From an uncultured Erysipelotrichaceae bacterium (GTDB taxonomy: Bacteria; Bacillota_I; Bacilli_A; RF39; UBA660), in the NCBI GenBank assembly GCA_902764545.1, contig CACWWC010000008.1, forward strand, positions 9,191 to 73,190: a stretch of 64,000 nt of DNA. Direction: 5' to 3'. Of the stretch, positions 48,410 through 58,769 are shown piece by piece. The notes beneath the pieces were generated by a model. It was not told the DNA's origin. It saw nothing but the letters and a program-made list of their open reading frames with translations, and did no database searches. The translations under genes and the position numbers were made by a program. Position 1 is the first letter of the stretch. Each line of letters opens with the position of its first letter.

Positions 48410-50386
48410 ACTTTTTTCATCATCTTTCTCTTCATCATTTAATGGAGATTTTTCCTCATCATCAGTAGAAGGAGAGGAAACAGGTTTTACATCATCATCA
48501 TCTTCATCATCATCCTTAGCTGTCTTTTTATTTTTATCATTTTTATCATCAGTAGTCTTTTCATCCGTTTTCTTATTGCCAGATAATGTTAATTTTACAC
48601 TTCCTCTTATTAAATCCGTACGTCTATTTGCAGGTTCACTTTGTGAAACCACTGTACCACTTGTACCTTCAAATGTAACTGATATTCCAAGTCTTGATGC
48701 AGTTGCTCTTGCTTGAGCTTCAGTATCACCAGTAAAATCAGGCAAAAGAGTATACGTTCCAGTGCTTGAATAAGGACCCTCACCAATTATTTCTTTTTCG
48801 TATGGTTCGTTGATAGAGAAATGGAACTCCTTAATATCCTCATGCTGAACAAGTTCTAAGTTAACCTTCATGGCATTAATAATATCTTTTCTGCTTGACT
48901 TATTCGGAACATAATCCCATAACACCATTCTCGCTCTTTCATCATAAATCATTTGTCCAGAACCCTGTAAAAATAACTGCTGTATATTTACAAGATCAGC
49001 ATCATCACTACTTAAACTTCTTTTAATAATATCTTTTCCAATATCATAGAAAGATAATATTTGCTTAGTAGTTAAATTTGTATCCAAACTATTAGAAACC
49101 GTATCAAGAATACTCATAAAAGTTTTTATATCCTTAATCTCCTTCATTTTATTTACAAGTGCCATTATTATTTCTTGCTGATGTTGTGCACGACCAAAGT
49201 CACCATTGGCTAAAGATTTTCTATTTCTGGCAAATACTAAAGCCTCTTCACCATTTAGAACTCTTCTTCCTGGTTGAATACATACCTCTCCACCACGAGA
49301 TGAATCATCAGTACATAATTCTTTTGGAACATCAACCTCAACGCCACCAACAGCATCAACAAGTTTTACAAGTCCCTTAAAATTAATCTTAGCATAATAA
49401 TCAATATTGGTATCAAAATAATCCTCTATTGTATTTATCATACAGTCATTACCATATGCAGCAGCATGCGTAATTTTATTCTCAGGTTTTCCACTCCAAC
49501 AAGAAATAGGAACATAACTATCTCTTGGTATAGATAGCATTGTTGCATTTAACGTTTTAGGGTTAAATGTGATAAGAATTAAAGTATCACCATTAGCGAT
49601 AGCATTCTTAGTTAAAACTTCGTCTGTAGAGTCAATACCCATTAAAAGTATTGTAAAAGGTTCTGTAATACTCTTTCCAGTAGATGCAGCCTCAACTTTA
49701 GAAGTATCAGTCTTTTTCATAGTTTTACTTTTTTTAGTAATTACTTTAGTATCACTCTCAATATTTTCATATCCAGAAATTCCACTAAACATAGACGTAT
49801 AGTTACTAGTTATAAAAATAGCATCAACATCTCCAGCATATAAGTCAACCAGCATAGAAGTATAATCATCATAATTAATAATTTCATTATCATCTTGCAA
49901 ATTATTCTCTTTAATGATTAACTGTGGAATAATATAACCATCAGGACTCTTCTTATCATTTAACAAACCAATCTTTAAATCTGAAACATCACTAATATTA
50001 CTATATTTACTATCCTTCATCGCAATTAAATAAGATGTATAAGTAACATTAGTCTTATTAACCCCACTTATCTTACCATATACACTAAGTAGTGAATAAC
50101 CAACAACACCACAAATAATTGAGTATAGTAATAAGTCAAATATAAACAATTTTTTCTTAGGCTTTTTCTTAGTCTTGCCCTTTATATACTTTCTACATTT
50201 AAATATCAACCTTATATCATTAATCACCAAAAGACCAATAATAATGTATCGGATCAGTGTTTCAACACCATCATATAAAAATATTCCATATATTAATAAT
50301 CCACTACATATTAATGAAATTATTAAAAACAAAATAAGTAGTAAATTAATTCCTTTTTGTTTACTGTCTGAGCTATCTCTTGCCAT
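48407..50386 (-). CDS. LytR-CpsA-Psr (LCP) family cell-wall polymer ligase with extra N-terminal ectodomain and C-terminal PASTA domain
   Basis: ATG 50386 lies 5 nt after GGAGGG (track GTG 50404). TM helices. LCP core TILLMGIDS...LSIPRDSYVPI...INFKGLVKLVDAVGGVEVDVP. PASTA-like LPDFTGDTEAQARATASRLGISVTFEGTSGTVVSQSEP. Acidic tail. Confidence 0.8.
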   Translation of the reverse strand: MARDSSDSKQKGINLLLILFLIISLICSGLLIYGIFLYDGVETLIRYIIIGLLVINDIRLIFKCRKYIKGKTKKKPKKKLFIFDLLLYSIICGVVGYSLLSVYGKISGVNKTNVTYTSYLIAMKDSKYSNISDVSDLKIGLLNDKKSPDGYIIPQLIIKENNLQDDNEIINYDDYTSMLVDLYAGDVDAIFITSNYTSMFSGISGYENIESDTKVITKKSKTMKKTDTSKVEAASTGKSITEPFTILLMGIDSTDEVLTKNAIANGDTLILITFNPKTLNATMLSIPRDSYVPISCWSGKPENKITHAAAYGNDCMINTIEDYFDTNIDYYAKINFKGLVKLVDAVGGVEVDVPKELCTDDSSRGGEVCIQPGRRVLNGEEALVFARNRKSLANGDFGRAQHQQEIIMALVNKMKEIKDIKTFMSILDTVSNSLDTNLTTKQILSFYDIGKDIIKRSLSSDDADLVNIQQLFLQGSGQMIYDERARMVLWDYVPNKSSRKDIINAMKVNLELVQHEDIKEFHFSINEPYEKEIIGEGPYSSTGTYTLLPDFTGDTEAQARATASRLGISVTFEGTSGTVVSQSEPANRRTDLIRGSVKLTLSGNKKTDEKTTDDKNDKNKKTAKDDDEDDDDVKPVSSPSTDDEEKSPLNDEEKDDEKS

Positions 50387-50596
50387 ACATTCCCTCCATA
50401 TCACATCTTATTATAAAATTATATCTAAAAAAACGATTTTTATCAAGTTTGATAAAACTATATTTCAATCACATAGAAATAGATTTATAATTTTACAGTA
50501 AAAAAATGTAAACAAGTTAGTATTTTTTTCTAATTTCTTTCTTTACAAATATATAACTGATATAATAAGTATAGAAAAGTATAAGGAGGTATATAC

Positions 50597-53500
50597 ATGA
50601 AAAAAAATAAGTTATTAATTATGACATTTTTATTATCAAGTCTAATTACACTAAAACAAGTATATGCCTATGATGTAAATAACTATAAAGATAGAAATTT
50701 ATGTGGAAATTATGAAGTTGCGGGATTTCACACAGATGGATATATAGATAAAGTTGCCTGTTTTTCAAGTTTTAATGAAGCTAAAAGTTATATGAAGAAT
50801 AATGGGGCAGCCGATTTAGCTGTTATGACAAAGGTTAATGGTCAAACTAAAATAGTTGATGCTAATCAGGCATTACTAGATTTAAGTGTCAACCCAACAA
50901 CACTAACATACTTCTACGAAAATAGTGAATTAACAAGCAGACAATATACATATATGGATACTGGTTCCCTATATGGAGGGGTGGATGGAGGATTGCTTGA
51001 TACAAGCTACTCTAACTCAAAAGGAGTATTTACTGCAAAAGTTAGAACTGGAAATTTTACAGGATGGATATCACAAGAAGCATATGAGATGGTTCCAATA
51101 ACATGGTTAAAGTCATACAGTAGTTATACAGTAACAGCAGATTATATTAGACATAATTATGTTACAAAAATACAAAATGAATATAAATCATCAGGAGGTT
51201 CAACTATAGGACCTAAACCAGATATGCTCCCACAAGGAACATATTACAGTTTTGATGGTCATTATTTTTATACATCAATTGAAAAATTAATTAAAGATTA
51301 TAAAAATAATACATTTAACAGTTCTATAAACAAAGATAAGCCATATTATAATTATTATATGTATTTATCTAATCATACCAAAACAGCATACTCTAGTATA
51401 AACATAGATGAATATATAAGAAATAATTTAGGATATAGCAAGAATGTATATGGCCACACAGCAAGTAGCGGAACATCACGATTATATGGTTCGGGAACAT
51501 TCTTCTATTACGCTCAAGAAAAATATGGTGTAAATGCACTTTTAGCCTTAAGTTTAAGTAGAAATGAAACTGGAAATGGAAGAAGTAATCTTGCAATTAA
51601 CAAAAACAATGGATTTGGTCTAAATGCAGTTGATTCAAATCCAACACAAGCAGCAAATTGGTATTCAACATTCCAAAGTAGTATTTTAGGATATGCAAAT
51701 AAATGGATTACATATGGTTACGCACATCCAAGAGACTGGAGATACTTTGGACCACAATTTGGTGACAAATGGATTGGAATGAATGTAAAATACGCATCAG
51801 ATACATATTGGTCAGAGAAGATGGCAGCAAATTACTATAGTATGGATAAAGCACTAGGATTACAGGATTATAACTATTATCAATTAGGAGTGTTAAAAAA
51901 TCCAGCTAATGCATATCAGAATGCATCGACATCATCTAAATTTATATATCAATATCCAGAAGCAGAAGATGCCGTTGTAATCGTAGGAGAAACAACAGTT
52001 AATAATGAAAAATGGTATAAAGTAGTAAGTGATTTAAATATTGACTCTAATTATAATGAAGTAACCTCAGGAGCATACAATTGGAACTATGTATATGTCA
52101 AAGCAAGTGATATTAAAAAGATAAATACAGGAAAGAATGGTTATGTCAGTCCAACAGAAGTGATTGAATATACAAATAAAAACTATGAATATGATTTGTA
52201 TGACTCAAATAACACATACAATCCTAGAGTAGGAATAAGTACAAAAGATACAGATTATTATTATGATTCATCATTACAATCTAGAAAAAATCAAACACTA
52301 TTGAAAGACAGATATATAATAGTTTATGCAGTTGCAAAGCTAAATAATAGACCAGTGTCATATTTGGTTACAAGTGATTATTTCTATGATCAAAAACACT
52401 GGGTATCAGCAGATGCAATTAAGCTTACTGATACACCATATGGAAAAGTTACAGTGGATACGAATGATAATCAATATACATGGGTTAACTATAATACAGT
52501 AGATGAAGCATACTCAAAAATTGGAGGACTATATACCTACAGTTATGTTCCAGTTTTATCAAGCCAAGTAGTAGGAAATGATACATGGTATAAAGTACCA
52601 GTATCTCTATCTTCAAATGATAATGTATATGGTTATACACTAGCTAAATATAGTAACTATATAAGAATAGATTTATCCACACCAATTGTGGAAAAAAATC
52701 CTCCAGTAATAGAAGCTGTGGATAAAACAATATATGAAGGAGAAAAGTTTGATTCTAAAAAAGACATAAAAGCATATGACAACGAAGATGGTGATTTAAC
52801 TAACAAAATAGAAGTTATATCAAACAAAGTAGATATAAACACAATCGGTACATATGATGTTATATATAAAGTAGTAGATTCAACTAATGAAATAACAACA
52901 AAAACCATAAAAGTAACTGTAAAAGAAAACAAAGCACCAGAAATAATTGCAGAAGACACAGAAATATATGTAGGTGAAAAATTTGATGAATTAAAAAACA
53001 TTAAGGCATATGATAACGAAGATGGAGATCTAACAGCAAAAATTAAAATCAAAGAAAACACAGTGAATGAAGGAAAAGAAGGAACATATAAGGTTATTTA
53101 TGAAGTAAGTGACTCTAAAGAAAAAAGTACAATGAAAGAAATAAAAGTTGTAGTTAAAATTAAACCAGAAGAAGAAGATAATCAACCATCTAAAGAAGAT
53201 GAACTTGAAGAGAAGAAAGAAAACTATAACTTAGAAGAACTACTTGAAATGCAAGAAGAAGGAGAGTTTAACTTAGAAAGCATAGAGTTCAATAATACAA
53301 CAAAGAAATTTTCAATTAGTGGATACTTAATTATTAATGAAGTTAATAACGTTGATAAAGAATATGGTCTAATACTAGTTAATAAAAGTGATGATGAAGA
53401 CATCCATTTAATCGAAATAGATAAATGGACAAAAGATGTTCCATATAATTTAGGAACAGTTGATGGACATGACTATAGTGATATATGGTTTAGGGGTGAT

Positions 53501-54163
53501 ATTGACTTCTCAGACATACAAAATGGAGACTATGATCTATACATGATAGGTGCAACAGAAGATAGTTTTACAATTCAACCAGTAGAAAATTATTTTAATC
53601 AAAGTATAGATAGACGAGGAGAAGATACACAACACGGTTATAATTTTAAAGTCAATCAAAAATCAAAAAATAAAGAAATTTCATTATCAATAAGAGATGA
53701 ATTATATACAATTAGTGAAGCTCCAACCGATAGAAATATGGTCAATGGATATGAAGATATAACATTTAAAGACAATAAACTATATTTATATGGATATTCA
53801 TATGATTATGAAGGCATTTATAATAATGAACTATCAGTAACAAGAAAATTATTACTAGAAAATCAAACAACCTATAAAAATGAAGTTTATGAATTAGGTT
53901 GCAAAAAAGGTCCATTTACAATACAAACATTGGATAACAAAGATAAAACATATGCATGGTATGAAAAAGAAATAGAATTATCTAATTTAGATAAAGGTAA
54001 ATATAGTTTATATATTTACACAAAGACTAGCAACGCTACAAACTATGATGAAATAACTGATATGTTCAGAAGTATCAATGAAACAATGACTATTAACAAT
54101 AAAAAATATAGACTATACTATAATAGTAGCAGAGGAAACAGAATAGAAATAGAAGTTTCATAA
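50597..54163 (+). CDS. Secreted 1188-aa cell-wall hydrolase: N-acetylglucosaminidase (LytD-type) domain, SH3-like regions, two DUF5011 Ig-like repeats
   Basis: AAGGAGG RBS and signal peptide. GVNALLALSLSRNETGNGRSNLAINKNNGFGLNAVD matches glucosaminidase family blocks. Two copies of KAYDNEDGDLT...GTY.VIY.V.DS (about 52.69-53.16 kb). Confidence 0.75.
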   Translation: MKKNKLLIMTFLLSSLITLKQVYAYDVNNYKDRNLCGNYEVAGFHTDGYIDKVACFSSFNEAKSYMKNNGAADLAVMTKVNGQTKIVDANQALLDLSVNPTTLTYFYENSELTSRQYTYMDTGSLYGGVDGGLLDTSYSNSKGVFTAKVRTGNFTGWISQEAYEMVPITWLKSYSSYTVTADYIRHNYVTKIQNEYKSSGGSTIGPKPDMLPQGTYYSFDGHYFYTSIEKLIKDYKNNTFNSSINKDKPYYNYYMYLSNHTKTAYSSINIDEYIRNNLGYSKNVYGHTASSGTSRLYGSGTFFYYAQEKYGVNALLALSLSRNETGNGRSNLAINKNNGFGLNAVDSNPTQAANWYSTFQSSILGYANKWITYGYAHPRDWRYFGPQFGDKWIGMNVKYASDTYWSEKMAANYYSMDKALGLQDYNYYQLGVLKNPANAYQNASTSSKFIYQYPEAEDAVVIVGETTVNNEKWYKVVSDLNIDSNYNEVTSGAYNWNYVYVKASDIKKINTGKNGYVSPTEVIEYTNKNYEYDLYDSNNTYNPRVGISTKDTDYYYDSSLQSRKNQTLLKDRYIIVYAVAKLNNRPVSYLVTSDYFYDQKHWVSADAIKLTDTPYGKVTVDTNDNQYTWVNYNTVDEAYSKIGGLYTYSYVPVLSSQVVGNDTWYKVPVSLSSNDNVYGYTLAKYSNYIRIDLSTPIVEKNPPVIEAVDKTIYEGEKFDSKKDIKAYDNEDGDLTNKIEVISNKVDINTIGTYDVIYKVVDSTNEITTKTIKVTVKENKAPEIIAEDTEIYVGEKFDELKNIKAYDNEDGDLTAKIKIKENTVNEGKEGTYKVIYEVSDSKEKSTMKEIKVVVKIKPEEEDNQPSKEDELEEKKENYNLEELLEMQEEGEFNLESIEFNNTTKKFSISGYLIINEVNNVDKEYGLILVNKSDDEDIHLIEIDKWTKDVPYNLGTVDGHDYSDIWFRGDIDFSDIQNGDYDLYMIGATEDSFTIQPVENYFNQSIDRRGEDTQHGYNFKVNQKSKNKEISLSIRDELYTISEAPTDRNMVNGYEDITFKDNKLYLYGYSYDYEGIYNNELSVTRKLLLENQTTYKNEVYELGCKKGPFTIQTLDNKDKTYAWYEKEIELSNLDKGKYSLYIYTKTSNATNYDEITDMFRSINETMTINNKKYRLYYNSSRGNRIEIEVS

Positions 54164-54192
54164 AAAGCCAACAAATATTTGTTGGCTTTTTT
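54164..54192 (+). terminator. Rho-independent terminator
   Basis: AGCCAACAAA / TTTGTTGGCT stem followed by T6. Confidence 0.85.
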
Positions 54193-54234
54193 ACATAATA
54201 TCTCATCATATAGGTAAAATATTTACATATATTT

Positions 54235-54262
54235 TGTATTTCCTTTTAAAAAATGTTATAAT
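54235..54262 (+). promoter_or_regulatory. Candidate sigma-A promoter for the WXG/hydrolase operon
   Basis: TTGTAT (54235-54240), 16-nt spacer, TGTTATAAT extended -10 (TATAAT 54257-54262). Confidence 0.5.
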
Positions 54263-54299
54263 TAATTTAGTAAAAATAAAATGAAAGTATGGTGATTAT

Positions 54300-55250
54300 A
54301 TGGTAAGCAGTGGAACAGTTAATAGTGATGCAACAACATTAAATGGATACTTAACAAGTTATCAATCATATATAAGTGAATTGAGTGGTTCTTGGAAAGG
54401 AACATCATTTGATAGTATTAATTCGCAAGCTGAGTCCTTTGTATCAGAATATAAAGCAATAGTAACTCAGATGAATAGTTTTGCAAATGCATGTGCTGCA
54501 TATGAAAAATATATAAAGTTAAAAAATGAAATTGCTCAGACAGAAGCAGATAGAGCAAATGCAGCCGATCAATATAAGTCTACTTATGATGAGCCATTAT
54601 CAGCAATGAATAGTGACCTACAAACATTAAAAACTAGTATTCAAACCTATCTCTCAGAAGCATCATCACCAAGCCTGACGGCAACAGCAGTATCAGCTTT
54701 AGCTACTGCGACATCCTCAAAATCTTCATCAAGTTCAGGAAATTCAGATATTGCGGCACAAAATAAAGCTTTTGTTGAATCAATACTATCTGAAAAAGGA
54801 AAGACAATTGATGATTACCCAGGATTTTATGGAGAATGGTGTGCTCAATTTGTATCAGAAATGTTAAATAGAAATGGATATGATATACAGCCATCTGCAA
54901 TTGCAGGATATATTGATGATGGCTCAATATTTAAATCATTAAGAAGTGCAGGAGCTACTGTTCACTTAGATCTTGCATCTCAATACCATGATGGTGGAGG
55001 AGAAGGTAATTCAGAATATGATCCAAACTATTCTCCACAACCAGGTGACGTAGTACTATTTGATTTTGGTTATAATGGAATGGGTGTAACTGATCACGTT
55101 GGAATTGTTGTTCAAGATAATGGCGATGGTACAATTAGAACCATCGAAGGAAATACTACCGGTGATGCCGGGGACAGTTGTGTAGAAATAAAAGATAGAG
55201 ATCGAGACGAAGTATTTGGATATGCAACCCCAGTAAAGAAGAGCAATTAA
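54300..55250 (+). CDS. WXG100-like N-terminal domain fused to CHAP peptidoglycan amidase/peptidase domain, no signal peptide
   Basis: ELSGSWKGTSFDS (W-x-G) in a ~100-aa helical N-terminus, then a Ser-rich linker. CHAP: GEWCAQFVS (Cys), TDHVGIVV (His), TIEGNT. Confidence 0.7.
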   Translation: MVSSGTVNSDATTLNGYLTSYQSYISELSGSWKGTSFDSINSQAESFVSEYKAIVTQMNSFANACAAYEKYIKLKNEIAQTEADRANAADQYKSTYDEPLSAMNSDLQTLKTSIQTYLSEASSPSLTATAVSALATATSSKSSSSSGNSDIAAQNKAFVESILSEKGKTIDDYPGFYGEWCAQFVSEMLNRNGYDIQPSAIAGYIDDGSIFKSLRSAGATVHLDLASQYHDGGGEGNSEYDPNYSPQPGDVVLFDFGYNGMGVTDHVGIVVQDNGDGTIRTIEGNTTGDAGDSCVEIKDRDRDEVFGYATPVKKSN

Positions 55251-55269
55251 TAGTGCGGGAGGTATTCTA

Positions 55270-56619
55270 GTGAGCGTATTTATGATAGAAACCAGTAATC
55301 TAGATTCAGCATCTTCTTCTATCGGGAAAATTGCATCACAAATGTCTGATTTAGCAAGCAGTGTAGGCGGATATGATACAAGTTGTGATGATGGGTTTGA
55401 TTTTGCATCAGTAAAAGGGTTAATTGAATCTAACATCGAAGCATGCATTACTAAAGTTCAGAATACAGCGACAATATTAAATACAGTATCACAATCCCAC
55501 ACCGAATTACAAAGTAGTTTGAAGTTTGAAGATCCAGCAGAAACAACAAAGAAAAGCAGTAGTTCAGAAGGCACAAATTCAGAAAATAGTAATTCTAGAG
55601 GAAATACTTCAAGTGGTGGATACTCTGGAGGAGGTTCATCAGATGGAGGTTCTTATTCTGGTGGATACTCATCATCAGCAGTTCCAACTGCAGCAGCTGC
55701 ACTACAAAAAGTATCAACAACAAAAGAAACAAAACAAGATGAAGTTGTAGAAATAACAAACTCATTTAAAGAAGTTGGATATGTATATATAGACAAAGAT
55801 AAAATAAATGATGAAGCTAAAAAAGTGTTTGAAAATGAAGAATTTGAATATGATGAAAATGGTTATGCAAAAATTGGCAACAGGTATGTTGTAATGGTTG
55901 ACTCCTCAATTGCTAAAGAAGGAGATGTTCTTAAATTTACACAAGAAGACGGAACAGAAATAGAAGCAATTGTAGGGTTAACAACAACAGATAACAAATA
56001 TGCAGATAAAATAAACTTTGTTCTTTCACCTGATAAAGAATTTACGGAGGAAACAAAGAAGATATCTGAAAGTATATTAAAAAATAATAAAAAGATTGAA
56101 ATAATTGAGAACATATTAAAATCAAGTATTACGGGAGAAAATAGCGTGTTAATTGAATCAACAATGGACGAAGTAGGTAACACTATCAGTGATTATTCAG
56201 GATTAGGATTTAATGATGGAAACTGGTGTGCAGATTTTGTTTCTCATACATTACAAAAGAATGGATATGATGTAGACTGGTCATCAGTAGCTGGCGATGG
56301 AGATGGAGAAATATTTGGATGTCTTAGAGATAGTGGCGCCACAGTACATCTTGATTTAGGCGCACAGGCCAAAGGATTACAAGAATCTTCTGAATATGAT
56401 CCAAGTTACATACCACAACCGGGAGATGTAGTTATATTTGATTTTGAACAAGATGGATTAAACGATCATGTTGGTTTTGTTGTAAAAGATAATGGAGACG
56501 GAACCATAACCACACTTGAAGGTAATACAAGTGGAGAAGCTGGTGGAAGCTGCGTTGCAATACATACTGATAGACAAAGAAGTATTGTATATGGCTACGC
56601 AACCCCAGTAAAAAAATAA
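55270..56619 (+). CDS. Helical N-terminal domain (type ii) + G/S linker + small beta domain + CHAP domain, no signal peptide
   Basis: GTG start at the position equivalent to the ATG of paralog 56639. N-terminal 95 aa are about 80% identical to 56639. CHAP: GNWCADFVS, NDHVGFVV, TLEGNTSG. Confidence 0.7.
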   Translation: MSVFMIETSNLDSASSSIGKIASQMSDLASSVGGYDTSCDDGFDFASVKGLIESNIEACITKVQNTATILNTVSQSHTELQSSLKFEDPAETTKKSSSSEGTNSENSNSRGNTSSGGYSGGGSSDGGSYSGGYSSSAVPTAAAALQKVSTTKETKQDEVVEITNSFKEVGYVYIDKDKINDEAKKVFENEEFEYDENGYAKIGNRYVVMVDSSIAKEGDVLKFTQEDGTEIEAIVGLTTTDNKYADKINFVLSPDKEFTEETKKISESILKNNKKIEIIENILKSSITGENSVLIESTMDEVGNTISDYSGLGFNDGNWCADFVSHTLQKNGYDVDWSSVAGDGDGEIFGCLRDSGATVHLDLGAQAKGLQESSEYDPSYIPQPGDVVIFDFEQDGLNDHVGFVVKDNGDGTITTLEGNTSGEAGGSCVAIHTDRQRSIVYGYATPVKK

Positions 56620-56638
56620 GTAAGAAGGAGATATGTAA

Positions 56639-58057
56639 ATGAGCTTATTTATGATAGAAACTGGAATTTTAGATTCAGCATCATCTTCTATTGGTCAAAT
56701 TGCATCACAAGTATCTAACCTAGCAAGCAGCGTCAGCGGATATGATACAAGTTGTGATGATGGGTTTGATTTTGCATCAGCAAAAAATATTATTGCATCA
56801 AATCTAGAAGCATGTGTTACAAAGGTTCAAAATACAGCAAGCATTCTAAACGCAGTTTCACAGTCACATACAGAATTACAAAACAGCCTAAAGTTTGAAG
56901 ATCCTGCAGAAGCTGCAAAGAAGAATAGTAGTACAAAAAGTACGAGTTCACAAAGTAGCTATTCCGGAGGCAGTTCATCAAGTGGTGGATATTCCGGAGG
57001 TAGTGGATATTCAAGCGGTGGAGGCTACTCAGGAGGATATTATTCAGGAGAGTCTCCATCAAGTATAACCACAACAACCACCACGACAACTACTACAACT
57101 ACAGACGAAACACCAACATTAATCACAGAAAAGCCAGAAAAAGTTGACTATGACGTTGTAGAAAAAGATGATATGAATGAAGAACAAAAAGCGGTATTAA
57201 ATAATGAAGAATTTGAGTATATTGAAAATTACGCAATGCTTGGAGAAAGATATGTAGTAAAATGTGATTCATCCCTTGGAAAAATTGGAGATATTTTACG
57301 CTTCACTCAAAATGACGGAACAGTTGTAGAATGTGTTATTGGAGCAACAACAGTAGGAGCAGCTTCAAAAGGAATTCTACACTTCATAGTCAAAGATAAG
57401 GACAATATTAAAGAAAAAGATATCTGCAAAAATATACTTACGAACAATAATAAAATTGAAAATATTGGAAATATAACTGATGAGAAAAAGTCTGATACCA
57501 GTACAACTGGAGTTATGAGTAATGGTTTAGGAACAAGTACAGCAAAAACTACAGGTACATATGTCTTAAATGGTAATGTACTTGATACTACTAATCCTGT
57601 AACAACAGGGGAAAAGTATGAATTGTCAGATGACGATCTAGCATTCCTAGGATATGTAGCATCATCAGAACAAGGTAGTGTTGATGGTGCAAAATTAGAA
57701 CTATCCCTTATGGCAAATCTATATGAAGAAAATAAAAATAATTTTAGTAGTGTAAGAGATTATGTAGAAAATAGTGGATGGTTTGGAAGTTCCTATGGAA
57801 GCGAATATAGTTACCCAGGCGATGAGTATATCGCTGTAGCAAAAGATATACTTGTTAATGGAAATCGTTATTTAAACTCAAATGTTGTTGAACATGATTA
57901 CTTAGGCGATATTGTATATTGTAGTACAGGTGATGTATATGATACAGACAGCTATGTTCCGGGAGAAACAGTGCTAGAAAATCAATGGGGAGCAAAATAT
58001 GTCTTTGTAGGATTTGCTCCAAACGGTGGAGACCCATTCGGTTATCTTATTAACTAA
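56639..58057 (+). CDS. Helical N-terminal domain (type ii) + Thr-run linker + small beta domain + C-terminal domain X (possibly SleB/CwlJ-like cell-wall hydrolase)
   Basis: AAGGAG RBS. MSLFMIETGILDSASSSIG... and a T11 run. C-terminal LSDDDLAFLGYVASSEQGSVDGAKLELSLMANLYEEN resembles the start of SleB-type Hydrolase_2 domains (weak, motif only). Confidence 0.55.
   Translation: MSLFMIETGILDSASSSIGQIASQVSNLASSVSGYDTSCDDGFDFASAKNIIASNLEACVTKVQNTASILNAVSQSHTELQNSLKFEDPAEAAKKNSSTKSTSSQSSYSGGSSSSGGYSGGSGYSSGGGYSGGYYSGESPSSITTTTTTTTTTTTDETPTLITEKPEKVDYDVVEKDDMNEEQKAVLNNEEFEYIENYAMLGERYVVKCDSSLGKIGDILRFTQNDGTVVECVIGATTVGAASKGILHFIVKDKDNIKEKDICKNILTNNNKIENIGNITDEKKSDTSTTGVMSNGLGTSTAKTTGTYVLNGNVLDTTNPVTTGEKYELSDDDLAFLGYVASSEQGSVDGAKLELSLMANLYEENKNNFSSVRDYVENSGWFGSSYGSEYSYPGDEYIAVAKDILVNGNRYLNSNVVEHDYLGDIVYCSTGDVYDTDSYVPGETVLENQWGAKYVFVGFAPNGGDPFGYLIN
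57566..58057 (+). repeat. 492-bp module (domain X coding) duplicated at 59463-59954, roughly 85-90% identical by eye
   Basis: Collinear, equal-length match read directly, e.g. TCATCAGAACAAGGTAGTGTTGATGG and GAAAATCAATGGGGAGCAAAATATGTCTTTGT are shared. Confidence 0.85.
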
Positions 58058-58092
58058 TAATAAAAATATGAATATGTAAGGAGAAAATGAAT

Positions 58093-58380
58093 ATGGCAAA
58101 ATATGTATGTGATACAGATACAGTCAAATCTATTGGTGAAAAATTATGCCAAACAGCATCAGATATTAGTAATGGAGTACAAAGCTACTCATCATCAATT
58201 GAAAGTGATTTATCAACATGGACGGGAACAGCTAAAGAATCATTTAACAGCTCAAATGCGACTTATGTTACAACAGCAAAAACAGATGCGACATATATAA
58301 ATGCTCTAGGTGAATTTGTAAAAAATGCTGCTGAAAGCATCCAATCTCTAGAAGATGAATTAGCAGGATTACAAATTTAG
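58093..58380 (+). CDS. WXG100 (ESAT-6-like) family protein
   Basis: ATG 58093 lies 9 nt after AAGGAG (track ATG 58087 is only 3 nt after it). 95 aa, helical, DLSTWTGTAKESF (W-x-G). Confidence 0.75.
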   Translation: MAKYVCDTDTVKSIGEKLCQTASDISNGVQSYSSSIESDLSTWTGTAKESFNSSNATYVTTAKTDATYINALGEFVKNAAESIQSLEDELAGLQI

Positions 58381-58456
58381 GTGTAAAGATACTGCCAATT
58401 ATATTGTGTTAATGAAAAATATGTTTTATAATGAATTTAGATAGGAGGAATAGATT

Positions 58457-58753
58457 ATGTCAGGATTACATGCTGATACAAGCGCAATGAATACAAATGG
58501 TAAGGATACTGTAGCAAATGCTGAATATTTTTCAAACGAATTAGCAAATTTAAGAAATAATGTCGATGGACTAATGACTATTTGGAGAGGATTATCAGCT
58601 AATGAATTTAATAAATCTTATGAAGAACAGGCTCAAAATTTACAAGCCTTTCAACAATTATTAAATGAATTAGGTGAAAATATCAGCAAAAGTGCAAGTA
58701 TTCTTAATCAAACTGAAGAAGAGAATGCCCAAGCTGGAGCAAACTTATTTTAA
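58457..58753 (+). CDS. WXG100 (ESAT-6-like) family protein
   Basis: AGGAGG RBS. 98 aa, LMTIWRGLSANEF (W-x-G) in the centre of a predicted helical hairpin. Confidence 0.8.
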   Translation: MSGLHADTSAMNTNGKDTVANAEYFSNELANLRNNVDGLMTIWRGLSANEFNKSYEEQAQNLQAFQQLLNELGENISKSASILNQTEEENAQAGANLF

Positions 58754-58769
58754 GGAGGTTTATTAAATC

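Noticed and set aside
50175-50501. 108-aa plus-strand ORF at the 5' end of the LCP gene
   Set aside because: It is antisense to the membrane-anchor coding part of the LCP gene and extends into the divergent promoter region. It has no RBS.
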